Counted from the stretch's first letter, positions 23,561 through 37,075 are shown. The stretch: DNA of 64,000 bases from Octopus vulgaris (GCA_951406725.2 OX597821.1:84816001-84880000); one strand, 5' to 3'. Notes: a model not told the origin generated them from the sequence alone. Translations and numbers: made by a program.

Positions 23561-24547
23561 TACTACCCGTTCCCAACGGACTGGTCCACAATTGATTTAT
23601 TTATATATTTATATATTTTCTCGTTAGCATATAATTTTATATCACATTTTTATTACTTTTTATTTTATTATATTTAAAATATTTTATATTTCGATATATA
23701 TTTTAATTATTATTTAATTTAATGTTTAAATATTATTATTATATGCATATATTTTAATTATTATTTATTCTAATATTTAAGTATTATTATTATATGCATA
23801 TATATTTCATATTCTCTTTTTATTTACATTTTCTTTATACTTAATGTATTGCAAATTATATTTGCACATGCCCCTCTTTCTCATATTATATCTCATATCA
23901 TACGTTTTGTATATTATTTGTACATAACCCCTTTTTAAATCTGCTCTATCATTCCTTACGTCTTATAAAAAAAAATTCCATCCGATTTTACAACATTCGA
24001 TCGTCGCTTCTCGAGATTTGCAGTCTGCGCAGTTAGTCTAATGGTATCTTCCACATAATCCGTTCGAAGGCATTTCGTCCGGCGTGCTAATGATTCTGCC
24101 AGCTCGTCGCCTCATAAAAGCATAAAATAACAACAGAAATTATATATAAACAAAAACAAACAAACAAAAACATTCATATTCACTTGTTTATTTCTTCAAC
24201 AGGCTGCCATTATGAAGCGTATCAAATAATTCGTTATACGTCTGCGATCCGGTCGATGACACGTTGTACCGCGCTGTACTTACTGAAAACTAAACACGAT
24301 TTTGTGCTCTCACAATGTCATTGTTCTGTCGGTCTATCTGTCACTCTGTCTGCTTGTCTGCTTGTCTGTCTGTCTGTTTGTCTATGTACCTATCGGTCCC
24401 TCTTTCTCAGTGTGTGTGTGTGCGCGCGCATAACACCCTGAACCGTTCTGAAGATTTGTCTGTTAGTTTATTTCTCAGCAGACTTGTATATATATCGGTG
24501 TGCAACATATATATATATATACATATATATATGTATGTATGTATGCA

Positions 24548-24830
24548 TCTTTTATCTTTTACTTGTTTCAGTCGTTTAACTGCGGCCATGCTGGGGCACC
24601 GTCTTGAAGGGTTTTAGTCGAATGAATCGACTCTAGGACTTATTTTTTTAAAGCCTACTATTATTCTATCAGTCTCTTTTGCGGAACCGCAAAGGGAGCA
24701 TAAACACACCACCACCGGTTGTCAAGCAGTGATGGGGGACAAACACAGACACAGAAACACACACTCATAGCTATATACATATATATATATATTTACGTCG
24801 GGCTTCTTTCAGTTTCCGTCTACCATATCC
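24548..24830 (-). mobile_element. SINE family A, partial
   Basis: Reverse-complement tail and part of the core. Confidence 0.8.
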
Positions 24831-24977
24831 CGAGTCTATAGTATAAGATCGCTGGAACACCTTATTTTCCTCTAACATGTTACCCAAGACTCTTTTTAAA
24901 TGCCTATTACTGTCTCTATATTATATCTTCAATTTAAAAAAAAAACGTCTTTCTCTATATTTCACTATTTTTATCGT

Positions 24978-25680
24978 AAAGTATACTAGCCATCTCAATA
25001 TGGCTAACCACTAGGGGTGGGTGTTACTGTAGCTTTTTGGCCCCAGGAGATCATCGTCTCCAGCTGGTTTTAGACACAATTTCTGTGCCCTTATGATATT
25101 TGCAAAGGGAGGTCATCCCCTCTCGTAAACCTAAGTGATACGCACGGACTGCAGTTTAGGGATTATTGTCTCTTGTCAACGCACGGTAATCACCGGTTTT
25201 CGATGAGGAGAGACCTGTTTGCGAATATCTATTTAATGTTTTTCCCAGTAACCACTGTCACTGATTTCGAAAAACGGTCTGAAAGCAATAATAAATCTCT
25301 GAACGAGATGTAAACAGTAAGCGCTTTCAGACCGTTTTTCGAAATCAGTGACAGTGGTTACTGGGAAAAACATTAAATAGATATTCGCAAACAGGTCTCT
25401 CTTATCGAAAACCCGTGATTACCGTGTATTGACAAGAGACAATAATCTCGAAACTGGAGTCCGTGCGTATCACTTAGGTTTACGAGAGGGGATGACCTCC
25501 CTTTGCAAATATCATAAGGGCACAGAAATTGTGTCTAAAGCCAGCTGGATACGATGATCCCCTGGGGCTAAAAAGCTACAGTAACACCCACCCCTAGTGG
25601 TTAGCCATATTGCGATGGCTAGAATACTTTATGTTGTCGAGCGGTTACTGTTTACATCTCGTTCAGAGATTTATTATTAT
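24978..25680. repeat. Inverted pair of a ~355-nt circularly permuted structured monomer
   Basis: 24978-25287 mirrors 25323-25630. 25288-25320 mirrors 25645-25679, which lies at the opposite end of the right arm. A homologous locus is at 45270-46140. Confidence 0.9.
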
Positions 25681-26406
25681 TTTTATCTATATTCTATTAT
25701 TATCATGTTTACATATCTATATATCTATATCTCCATGCTCTCATCAGCAGAACATCTATCTCCTATTACAGTGTAAACGTTTGTGCCTGTTCCAAACAAC
25801 AATATCCAGCCTTTTAGGTTTACGCTTCTCGGAAATGTTTGAACGAGAATGTTCCACCAATATTCCTTGTGTTGATGTTTGTGTATGAATTCAATAACAT
25901 AGTATTCTCTACATTTCTTCCAGAACTGACTTTTTTCTTGTAACGTCGTATCGTAAAGGGACGTAGTACTTAGTTGATATTTCTGGGCAGCTGTTAATCA
26001 TGTGTAACGTCTTCCACAGAAATATGACCGTATCCACAAAATCACACCTAATCTGTGTATGTATGTATGTATGTATGTACGTACGTATGTATGTATGTAT
26101 GTATGTATGTATGTATGTATGTATGTATGTATGTATGTATGTATGTATGTATGTATGTATGTATGTATGTATGCATATATGTATGTATGTACGTATGTAT
26201 GTGTGCATATGCATGTGTGTGCATGTGTATGCCACCGTTTGGCTGTCAATCTTGGAGAGTTGAAGTTCTAGTAACTTAGCAGTTGCGATAAAAAGAACGA
26301 TAGATAAAAAGAACATATTAATACTGGAGACGTTTCGCTTGATCAAATCCCTCAAAGTTGTGATTGTACAACACATGGCTGTGCAATGACTGAAACAAAT
26401 AGAAGA

Positions 26407-26444
<38 letters not shown>

Positions 26445-27591
26445 TACATTTCTCAAGGGCATGAGAGACTCAGATATACGAAGATGAACCAAAAGAAAGG
26501 CAGGAAGTGGAAGCCCTCGGAAAGAAGATGGGGCATACGGTAAACACTAGGAAATTGTTGGCATGGTCTGTGGTGGACAGTTAAAATTTGGCAACCACTA
26601 CATCGAGAGGTGAAGCAATGCCAATGCCAGGGGCAAGAGAAGGCTCATAGTACGGACAGCCTGAACAAGAGAAGATCACTACGTAAAAGTCATGGAGTTT
26701 GTTTGCCAGGGACAGTGGGATACAGTGGGACCAAACATTAGAGCAACCACTACACTGAAGAGAACATTCGGATACTGACTAAGAAAAGCTGTAACTAACC
26801 TCTTGTTAACTCCCAAATGACCTTAAAATCTAGGGAAAGCAAAACCCTTTCTTACAAGCAGTGCCAAACATAATTTTGTACTCTGAAACATATTCTGGCC
26901 GGATGTCCTAGCGCTTTGGAAGAAAACTGATACAAGTAGAGGTACTATAAAGTCCGTATGGAAATTGCCAAGTGAACGAGTCAGCAGTGAGTTAAGGTCA
27001 ACAAAAAAACAGACATCACAACCCAAAATTACCACATTCCTAAAGGAAGGTGATACGGCGCCTAAGGGAAGGTGATAGAAGCGCTTCTACGACTTTTACA
27101 TGTATAATCTTTCTCTCTTAATTTAAATTGTCTATGTTATTCCTGGAATCTTAGGATACGTCGGTGTTGTTGTTGTAAACAGTGTTGAAACAAGTATTTA
27201 TTTCCATATTCTTGCCATTTCTTTATTGAATATGTCAGTAATACGTTTAATTTATAAGGTCTGAGTAGTTTTAATTTTTGTTTTTTCAGCTATGTTCGCC
27301 TGACTTTTTGCGTATTTCAGCAAAAGAATATCATTTATTTATTTATTATTTTCTGAAAAAAATTTCAACAATTTTTTCTTACGTTGAAATATATCTTAAA
27401 GCTCACACTTCATTAGTTCAAATGAACATCTGTTTCTTTCATCCCCCCCACCCCCACCCCGTTTGGAATTGATTACATTTAAACACCGTTTACAGTTTGA
27501 TGCTGAGGTTAGCCTTTTATTCTTTTACGTGTCTACTCGTTTCAGTCAATGCAATACAGCCATACTGAGGCAACGCCTTAAAAAGAAACTC

Positions 27592-27637
<46 letters not shown>

Positions 27638-27724
27638 CACACACACGCACACGCACACACACACAGACAAGTAGCAAAGTGCAAGGCATATGATTTTCAA
27701 AACTTATTTCATGATATGAAAGCA

Positions 27725-29533
27725 TTTTAAAAGACATATACCATTCCATGCCGCAGGCGTGGCTGTATGGTAAGAAGTCTACTTCACAACCACATTGTTC
27801 GGAATTCATTTCCACAGCGTGGGATCAAAACCTTGCGAGTGGATTTGGTATACGGAAACTGAAAGAAGTCCGTCGCATATATCTGTGCGTGTTTTTGAGT
27901 CTCTGTTCGCCCCCACCACCGCTGCTAGACAACCGGTGTTAGAGTGTTTACCTCCTCGTAATTTAGCGGTTCGGCATAAGAGATCCGATAGAATAACTAC
28001 CAAGTTTTTTAAAAATAAGTACCATCCTGGATTGGTACTTCTTTCTTTATTTTTTTTTACCATTCCTGAAAGGATGAAAGGCAAAATTATTGGAACTCAA
28101 AGCACTGTGTGTCAGAAAGAAATACCTTGAGACCTTCTAACTGATGCTCTGATGACACTGTCAATTCGCTGCCCGAATTCTTGTCGGGTTTTTGTAAAAA
28201 GTCGAAAATTTTGGATCGGTTCAGAGTTGTTTTAATTACTGTTCTTTCATTACAAAATTCAACCATATTTAAATGTAATTTCTCATTTAGATCTAAAACT
28301 CCAAAATACTCCAGCAAACATGTTTGTATTTTCGTAAGGAATTGTCTAAAAAAGGTGTTGAATTTCTGTCAAAGTCGAATAATTCTTCCAGATATTGAGA
28401 CTCAGAATTATGAAGCAATTTGAATAATCTTCAATAAGCTCGTTAATCTATTTAGCATCTAATTTTTTTAACGTTGGTAACTTGATAGCCAAACAACAAA
28501 AACAACAACAACAACAATAATAATAATAGTAAATAAAATGAAATGAAATAAAATAAAATAAAATTCATGTCAAACTTTATATTTATTTTTATTTTTTAAA
28601 TAAGACAAAATATTGGAGACAACTGCGGCAGAAGTTTAATTATGTTTTCTGTTTTAAACAACTAATTTCAGTTCTGCAACAACTAATACGTTTCAAAAAC
28701 TTCTGATAGTTCTATGGAATATTCTTCAGGTGAAACAAGCTTGAATAATTGAAAGAACCAGCAGTTGGTTTGATTAAGAAATAAGTTCTTTAGTATTTGT
28801 GGGAATGCGATATATTATTTCAATACAAGGGTGTATATGACGAATAATTTCTTTAAAATCGAACTAAGAATACAGGACACACCAAACAACCGAGAACAAA
28901 TATTGGTTTCAAATTTTGGCACTAGGCCAGCAATTTAGGGGAGGGATTAAGTGGATTACATCGACCCCAGTGTTGAAACTGGTACTTATTTTACTGTCCT
29001 TGAAAGGATGAAAGGCAAAATCGACCTCGGGGAATTTGAACTCAGAACGTGAAGACGGACGAAATGCTGCTAAGCATTTTACTTGGAGTACTAACACTTC
29101 TGCCAGCTCGCCGCCTTACCGAGAGCAAGGTGTTACACAAGAAAAACAAAGACACTAAGCAGAAAAACAATAATTTTGCCTTTCATCCTTTCAGGAATGG
29201 TAAAAAAATAAAGAAAGAAGTACCAATCCATTATGGTACTTATTTTTTAAAAACTTGGTAGTTATTCTATCGGATCTCTTATGCCGAACTGCTAAATTAC
29301 GAGGAGGTAAACACTCTAACACCGGTTGTCTAGCAGCGGTGGTGGGGGCGAACAGAGACTCAAAAACACGCACAGATATATGCGACGGGCTTCTTTCAGT
29401 TTCCGTATACCAAATCCACTCGCAAGGTTTTGATCCCACGCAGTGGGAATGAATTCCGAACAATGTGGTTGTGAAGTAGACTTCTTACCATACAGCCACG
29501 CCTGCGGCATGGAATGGCATATGTCTTTTAAAA
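27725..29533. repeat. Local inverted duplication (~365-bp arms, ~1.07-kb spacer)
   Basis: 27725-28092 is a near-identical reverse complement of 29168-29533. The unit is a decayed SINE A plus a SINE B fragment plus flank. Confidence 0.9.
28900..29117 (-). mobile_element. SINE family B-related copy with a different tail
   Basis: Reverse complement of the head ggcggcgagctggcagaa and the central ttcatcctttc motif. Confidence 0.75.
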
Positions 29534-29639
29534 CCACAACAATGGTTCACATATTCAAAAGAAACACCAAAGAAGCACGTTGTTCAACAAAACTGCTCTC
29601 AGCCCAGCAATGGAAAATGTGTTTTTGGAAGTAGAGATA

Positions 29640-30260
29640 CGCTAAGGTCTGTGAGGCTGGGGATGTGGAAAGAGGTTAGACACTATAAGCAACGCTCCCT
29701 TGAGCTGAAAAGTCGGACGTAAGTCGCTCGTTTCTTCATTTATCATCATTACCCTCGGCTCTAATGATGCCTCTGATGTGGCAACTGAAGATTAGCATGT
29801 CAAGATTAGTTGGGCTCCACTAAACCACTCCACTCCCCACGCCCACCATGTCACTACCCCCAATGAGTTTTGGAATCGTAGAACCACCCCACTCTCAACG
29901 ACATTCCAGACGCAGCAGTCCAATGCAAGGGTTTCGAATCACGGAAAGTAAAAAGTCACATCACATGATATTCAGACCTCCACCATCACAATTCTCATTG
30001 ATTTTGTCAGACACAAACTGTTCTCTCCTCATCTCAGTGAATTTGTGCGTACATGCACCACACTTCCGATAGTAGACTTCGCTCCTTTGACTTGCACGGC
30101 GATAGTTCTTATCATTGATAATGACCAAGACCTAGAGAAACTTGACCATCCTAAAGACGTCTCTGACCACTGAAAATCTTTTTTCCCTTGACCACGGTGG
30201 ACCCATCATCGCTAGAGGCTTCCAGCTTTTTCCAAGCCCTGAAAATACCGGGACACGTTC
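29640..30260 (-). mobile_element. Possible heavily decayed RTE-type LINE fragment
   Basis: Only short peptide hints (AWKKL-like, RSLLSEV) and higher GC content. Confidence 0.3.
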
Positions 30261-30702
30261 AAGAAACTGGTTATTTATGAGTCGCCGCTATTAGCTGACT
30301 AAAAACTGCCTTGTTGGTACAATCGAAACATTAGAAAATGAATAGAGACAGTTACAATTCGTAGCGTACTGCAAAACTCTGTGTTGGGCTGTCTTCCATT
30401 TACAGCCTGATAAGTGTTGTTCACCAATATTCGGTACAGATTCTCTAAAAGTATAACCTTTGATATTTTCGCGTCTTTTTGCTGACACAGAAAAGTAACC
30501 ATATATTTATAAATTGATGCAATTCAACTCTATTGGGAACTGTACTTAGCATCACGCAGTTTACCAAGTGTAATGTTAACAGTATATCTCGTTCAGCAAA
30601 TATTTTCAAATACGTTGTTATTATTATAAAAAAGAAATTTAATCATTAAAAAGATAAATTTGGAATAAAATTTTATCAGAAAAGAAAACATAGCTTCCTA
30701 TT

Positions 30703-30931
<229 letters not shown>

Positions 30932-31136
30932 AACGAATCTAACTCTTACTTTCTTCTATTTATCTTTCCTTCTTCTATATGATTAGTTATATTGGTATCT
31001 ATTAGCTATTTACCTGGCTACTAGTTATCTCATTAGCTAGAAGTACAGGTAACAAATGAGTACGATATTATATTGCTAAGCACTTGTGTGTGTGTGTGAG
31101 TATGTGTTTGTGTGAAGAGAAAGTAAACAGAGAGTG

Positions 31137-31180
<44 letters not shown>

Positions 31181-31184
31181 AGAC

Positions 31185-31249
<65 letters not shown>

Positions 31250-31250
<1 letters not shown>

Positions 31251-32888
31251 CTTTTTATTGTAGCCACACAGAGCTAAACACAGAATAAAAATGGACGAAA
31301 TACAATGTAGAATTTTTTCTTTTCGAGGTGGGATGGGTGGGGCACAAAAAAAAAACAAAAATAAAACGTTTGATCAATAGGGATCTGAGGGTTGTGTGGT
31401 GTATAAAAAAGCAATATATATATATAAAGTTCACAGTTTAGGTGTAGCCTTGGAAAGAAAAACCTACAAAAAAGACCAAGGTCACCTCAGACAGTTCGAA
31501 AAAGAACACATGAGTAAGTCGCCTTACTTCTCGTTGTCTCTTTTGCTTACAGATTTATGCTTAAAATAGTGTCGTCTTTTATACTGACCATTTTTGCCAC
31601 TTTTACCCACTTTTTATTAAAACATTCGTTCGACAAAGCCTTCCTCTCTATTCTCATCCTCCTTTTCAAGTGGTACTTGAAAAAGTTGACGAGAGACTGA
31701 CCAGAGAGGAAGGTGTTTGTTTGCAGTCCTTTCAAACGCGTCCACCACACACATTCTTTCGCCATAGCCATCAGCGTAACGAAAACCGTTTTCCCTTCCC
31801 GTTTAAAGGAAGGTGGTGGAACAATATTCACGATAGACTCGGCCGATAGGCGGGCCCGACCTACACGTGACAACAGCTGTTCGACGAAGGTCCACAGCTC
31901 TGAAATATCTGGACACTGCACGAGTGCGTGCAGAACGGTTTCGTCGCTCTGACCGCATCTCGGGCAGGTCGGCCGGTGATGGTTTTTGAACCGTGTCTGT
32001 AGCTCTTCTCTCGAACAGGTAGTGCGTCTCGATAGCACTGCCAAGCCAGGGATTTCTGGAAGTTATCCATAGGCCCCGGCCCGAACGTCGTCCTGAACAG
32101 GCGGGTTAGGAATTTCTCGTCGACGCCCAGGTTTGCCCCGAGTGTGTCGTCGGACCTCCCCTCCACTAGTCCTCTATAGAACGCTTTAGTCGTTTGTAAG
32201 TTGCACAAGTTTGACCCCGGTCGGCAGAGCTGCTGTAGAGCTTGGCGACACTCTCGGTGCCAATCGCCCAGTTTCGGTCTCTTCTTGATCCACGATTGCA
32301 GTTCGATCAGTGAGACGAGCTGCGGGAAGGCGCACCTCACAAACGGCACCCACATCTGTTCACCGTCGTCGATGAAGTTCCAGAGATGCCGCAGTCTCAG
32401 CGCATGCCTGCGCATCATCAACCACGGCATGCCCAGTCCTCCATTCAACGGATGTTGACAGCAAATGGTGGCGTCGGGACAAGGTACGACGGTCAGGCGG
32501 TAATCGATGACGGATGCGATGTACGCGTTCGCCACCTCCACCCGGCCTTTTAGAGACAGCTTTCTCTCGGCCCATGTTTGGCTGAGAGCGACCACTCTAC
32601 TCGTGATCTCGTCCCAGTTCTTATCCATTTGGAGGTCCGGACTGAACCAGACCCCGAGCAATTTAACCGGTCCGTCCGTCCAGCGTCCCACTACTGAGCC
32701 ACAGTTGGACGGCATGGGCTTGCTTCTCCAGGTGCCGAGTAGCAAACCCACTGACTTTTCCGGGTTAATCTTCGCTCCCGTCACCGTTTCGTATTTTCTT
32801 AGTGTCTCGCCTATCAGCTGGATGTGTTTGTCGCTCGACACTATGACGGTGACATCGTCCGCATATGCGACACGCCCGTCCCGCATCC
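31250..32888 (-). mobile_element. Tx1/L1-clade LINE, 5'-truncated 3' part
   Basis: ORF 31861-32886 has YADDVT, GAKINPEKS, KLLGVWF, LSLKGR and GGLG. The frameshifted ORF 31547-32044 has the CPRCGQSDETVLHALVQC zinc knuckle. The 3' UTR ends at aataaaaag next to (TATC)n. Confidence 0.9.
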
Positions 32889-32911
32889 CAGTTCCCGTGT
32901 ATGTATGTCAT

Positions 32912-33247
32912 TCTCTTTTACTCTTTTACTTGTTTCAGTCATGTGACTGCGGCCATACTGGAGCTAATCGACACCAGGACTTATTCTTTGTAAGCCTAGT
33001 ACTTATTCTATCGGTTTCTTAAGCCGAACCGCTAAGTTACGGGATTGTAAACACACCAGCATCAGTTGTCAAGTGGATGTTAGGGGGACAAACACAGACA
33101 CAAGCACACACACACACAAATATATATACATATATACGACGGGTTTCTTTCAGTTTCCGTCTACCAAATCCACTCACAAAGCTTTGCTCGGCCCGGGGCT
33201 ATAGTAGAAGACACTTCCCTAAGGTACCACGCAGTGGGACTGAACTC
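32912..33247 (-). mobile_element. SINE family A, 5'-truncated
   Basis: Reverse-complement copy. Confidence 0.85.
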
Positions 33248-33325
33248 ATTGTTCAGTTTTATTTCAAGATTTCATGCCAATAGATAAAGAATCGGTTTCT
33301 AATCATGATTCAAGGCTCTTTCATT

Positions 33326-33886
33326 GTGTGTATGTATGTATGTATGTATGTATGTATGTATGTATGTATGTATGTATGTATGTATGTATGTATGTATGTA
33401 TGTATGTATGTATGTATGTATGTATGTATGTATGTATGTATGTATGTATGTATGTATGTATGTATGAATGTACGTATGTATGTATGTATGCATGTATGTA
33501 TGTATGTTTGTATGTGTGTATGGTGTATGTATGTATGTATGTGTGTATGGTGTATGTATGTATGTATGTATGTATGTATGTATGTATGTATGTATGTATG
33601 TATGTATGTACGTATGTATGTATGTATGTATGTATGTGTGTATGTATGTATGTATGTATGTGTGTATGTATGTATGTATGTATGTATGTATGGTGTATGT
33701 ATGTATGTATGTATGCATGTACGTATGTATGTATGTATGTATGTAAGTATGTATGTAAGTATGTATGTATGTATGTATGTATGCATGTATGTATGTATGT
33801 ATGTGTGTGTATCTGTCTGTCTGTCTGCCTGTCTGTCTGTCTGTATGTATGTATGTGTGTATGTATGTATGTATGTATGTATGTAT

Positions 33887-33927
<41 letters not shown>

Positions 33928-34040
33928 ATGTATGTATGTAATGTATGTATGTATGTGTGTATGTGTGTATGTGTGTATGTATGTATGTATGTATGTATGT
34001 ATGTATGTATGTATGTATGTATGTATGTATGTGTGTATGC
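33326..34040. repeat. Long imperfect (TATG)n/(TCTG)n microsatellite
   Basis: About 700 bp. Confidence 0.95.
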
Positions 34041-34433
34041 TTGTGTGTTTGCTTCTGTGGAGAATTAGGTTTCTGTAAGCTTCCCCATCACAAGCCAAGA
34101 AATAGATTTCATGACTTGATGCAAAGCAGCCGACCGGCCTTAATCATCAGCAACGCTCATTGAGAACAACCCGCGCTGAACAGATGCGAACGGCGGCCTA
34201 CAACTAGGAAGATTAGGCTACAGATAGAGAACATTAGAACTACTCATCATATAGAGGTCACGTTCTGGAACGCTTTTGATCATAGTTTTTCTGATCAACG
34301 TTGCTCTTTGACTAAACAACAACCGGTGGCCATTTTTATAGAGTCCTGAAGGTATAGATGGCAAATTCGACTTGGGTAGGATTTGACTCTGTCTTCCAAA
34401 CACTTCAGTCATTTCACCGCGCCTTGTAGGCTC

Positions 34434-34463
34434 TGTGTGTGTGCGTGTGTGTGTGTGCGTGTG

Positions 34464-34515
<52 letters not shown>

Positions 34516-34554
34516 CGTGTGTGTGTGTGTGTGTGTGTGTGCGCGTGTGTGCGT

Positions 34555-34606
<52 letters not shown>

Positions 34607-34616
34607 GTTTGTGTGT

Positions 34617-34690
<74 letters not shown>
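34434..34690. repeat. (TG)n microsatellite with CG interruptions
   Basis: Direct reading. Confidence 0.95.
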
Positions 34691-34693
<3 letters not shown>

Positions 34694-34789
34694 AAGTATA
34701 AAGATTTTGCGAGAAGCAACTCTTCTATTATAATTCCATTCGCATCTAGACTGTGTCATAAAGAATATTAGCTCGATTCCAGAACTTGG

Positions 34790-34930
34790 CTGTTACTTTA
34801 TATCATCAACCTTGAAAAGATGAAAGCCGACATTAATCAGGGCAGAATTTGAACTCAGAATGTAAAGGATGTCAACTATACACCGATGCAAAGCATTTTG
34901 TCAGACGATCTAAACGATTCTGCCAACCTA
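34790..34930 (-). mobile_element. SINE family B, decayed
   Basis: gatgaaag...gaatttgaactcagaa...gattctgcca. Confidence 0.55.
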
Positions 34931-35302
34931 CTGCTTTCACGTGGTTCTACGTACAAAAAAGTGCCGGTGTTTTCTGGAAGAATAATAGAACATGGACGTC
35001 TGCCAAAGAGGTTTTTCGAGCTATTGCAAGTTCACCAGCAATGGAACCGTTGGCACGTGTATAAGATAGTAGCAGCTTCGGCAGAGATTCCGTCTTCTAT
35101 TGCATCCGTTCTCTTTTATTACGTAATTCTAAGGTTTAGTCGACCTGAAGGTAAAATCCTCTGTCTGTCCCTCCACCCCCACCAAACCATATCCAAAAGA
35201 AAAAATGAAAAATGGATAAATAAATAAATAAATAAACACATGAAAAGAAATGTGATCTAAACTTGTTAAAGAAATAGTGGACGAGGATGGAAACGGGGAT
35301 AA

Positions 35303-35662
35303 GTCATCATTATCATCGTCGTCGTCGTCGTCGTCGTTATCGGTATCTTCATCATTACCACCACCACCACCACCACCACCACCACCACCACTACCACCAC
35401 CAGCCCCACCAGCACCAGCACCAGCACCAGCACCAGCACCAGCACCACCACCAGCACCACCGCCACCACCGCCACCACCACCACCACCACCACCACCACC
35501 ACCACCACCACCAACACAACCACCACCGCCGCAGCCGCTTCCACCATCGCCTCCACCACTGCCATCACCAGCAGCGTCACCACCAGCGCTACCGCCGCCG
35601 TCCCTGAAAGACTCTCTCCCGCCGCCGCGCCTCAAAGCATCTGCCCCCCCCGCCGCCGCCGC
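35303..35662. repeat. GC-rich trinucleotide/hexanucleotide repeat (TCG)(CCA)(CCAGCA)(CCG)
   Basis: Direct reading. Gives Pro-, His-, Thr- and Gly-rich frames. Confidence 0.9.
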
Positions 35663-35916
35663 AATCGACAGCCAATAGGAAGAGCGAACATTGTGGTTGG
35701 CAAAAGCCCAAAAGATATCCTTCAGGTAATAAGGAAAGAAGAGGATAAAAGTAAAGGAAAAAAATAAAGAAAAAAGAAGAAAAGGAAGAAGGTGAATACG
35801 TTATAAATAACCAGACGAACTTAGATGCAGTGGGAAGGCCTGTGAGCAATCTCTATGTCATCTGCATAGGTGTGTGTGTGTGTATTCTAAATACTATATA
35901 TATAATATGATATAAT

Positions 35917-35991
<75 letters not shown>

Positions 35992-36600
35992 CACGAGGGG
36001 GTGCTCAAAAGTTCGTGGATTTTAAAAGTGTCGCGAAAGGCCTGGTTGGAGGCCCACACTTTCGAGTTCTTTTAGAAAAACTGCAGGACCGCTGCAACAA
36101 GTGTATGGCTCTGAGAGGGAAAAATCTTTATATATAAAAGTGAAGTTGTGTGTCTGTCTCCTACGATTTAGATTCCTAACTACTCCCACATTTTGCGGTG
36201 CAGTTTAACCAAAACCGGGTATCTTATAGACGTGATTCATATCGAGCCCTTCTGGGTATTAGCGCGCGTCTACGATGAGTCTACGATTTAAAAAAAAATT
36301 ACCATCATTTTTTCCATTTTAATGCATTTTTTCGCTATTATATAAGGGAAGTAACTCTCTAAAAATGTCTACGATGAGTCAACGATTTAAAAAAATTTAC
36401 CATAATTTTTTTTCCATTTTTAATGCATTTTTTTGCTATTTTTTGCTATAACTCTCTAAAAATGCTTATATAGTTATTTCCCTTACAAACCCAAGCAACG
36501 CCGGGCGATACTGCTAGTATTGAATAAAATCATAATTAACTGATCCTCCTCTATTTTCTTTTACCTAAAGACAGAAGCTTTTCAGCACCCCAACCTCGTG
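35992..36600. mobile_element. Mariner-type MITE carrying a nested Helitron
   Basis: TIRs cacgagggggtgctcaaaagtt / agcttttcagcaccccaacctcgtg, with TA on both sides. Confidence 0.8.
36125..36517 (+). mobile_element. Non-autonomous Helitron
   Basis: A|TC start, subterminal hairpin, CTAG|T end, no TSD. Near-identical to 58832-59229. Confidence 0.9.
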
Positions 36601-36609
36601 TATAATATA

Positions 36610-36824
36610 CTCTTTACTCTATCTTTTACTTGTTCCAGTCATTTGACAGTGGCCATGGTGGAGCACCGCCTTTGGTCGAGCAAATCGACCCCAGGACTTA
36701 TTCTTTGTAAGCCTAGTACTTATTCTATCGGTCTCTTTTGCCGAACCGCTAAGTTACGGGGTTGTAAACACAGCAGCATCGGTTGTCAAGCGATGTTGGG
36801 GTGACAACCACAGACACACACCCA

Positions 36825-36894
<70 letters not shown>

Positions 36895-37075
36895 CATACA
36901 TACATATATACGACGGGCTTCTTTCAGTTTCCGCCTACCAAATCCATTCACAAGGCTTCGGTCGGCCTGAGGCTATAGTAGAAGACACTTGCCCAAGGTG
37001 CCACGCAGTGGGGCTGAACCCGGAATCATGTGGTTCATAAGCAAGCTACTTACCACACAGCCACTCCTACGCCTA
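36610..37075 (-). mobile_element. SINE family A, full length
   Basis: Reverse-complement copy. Confidence 0.9.
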
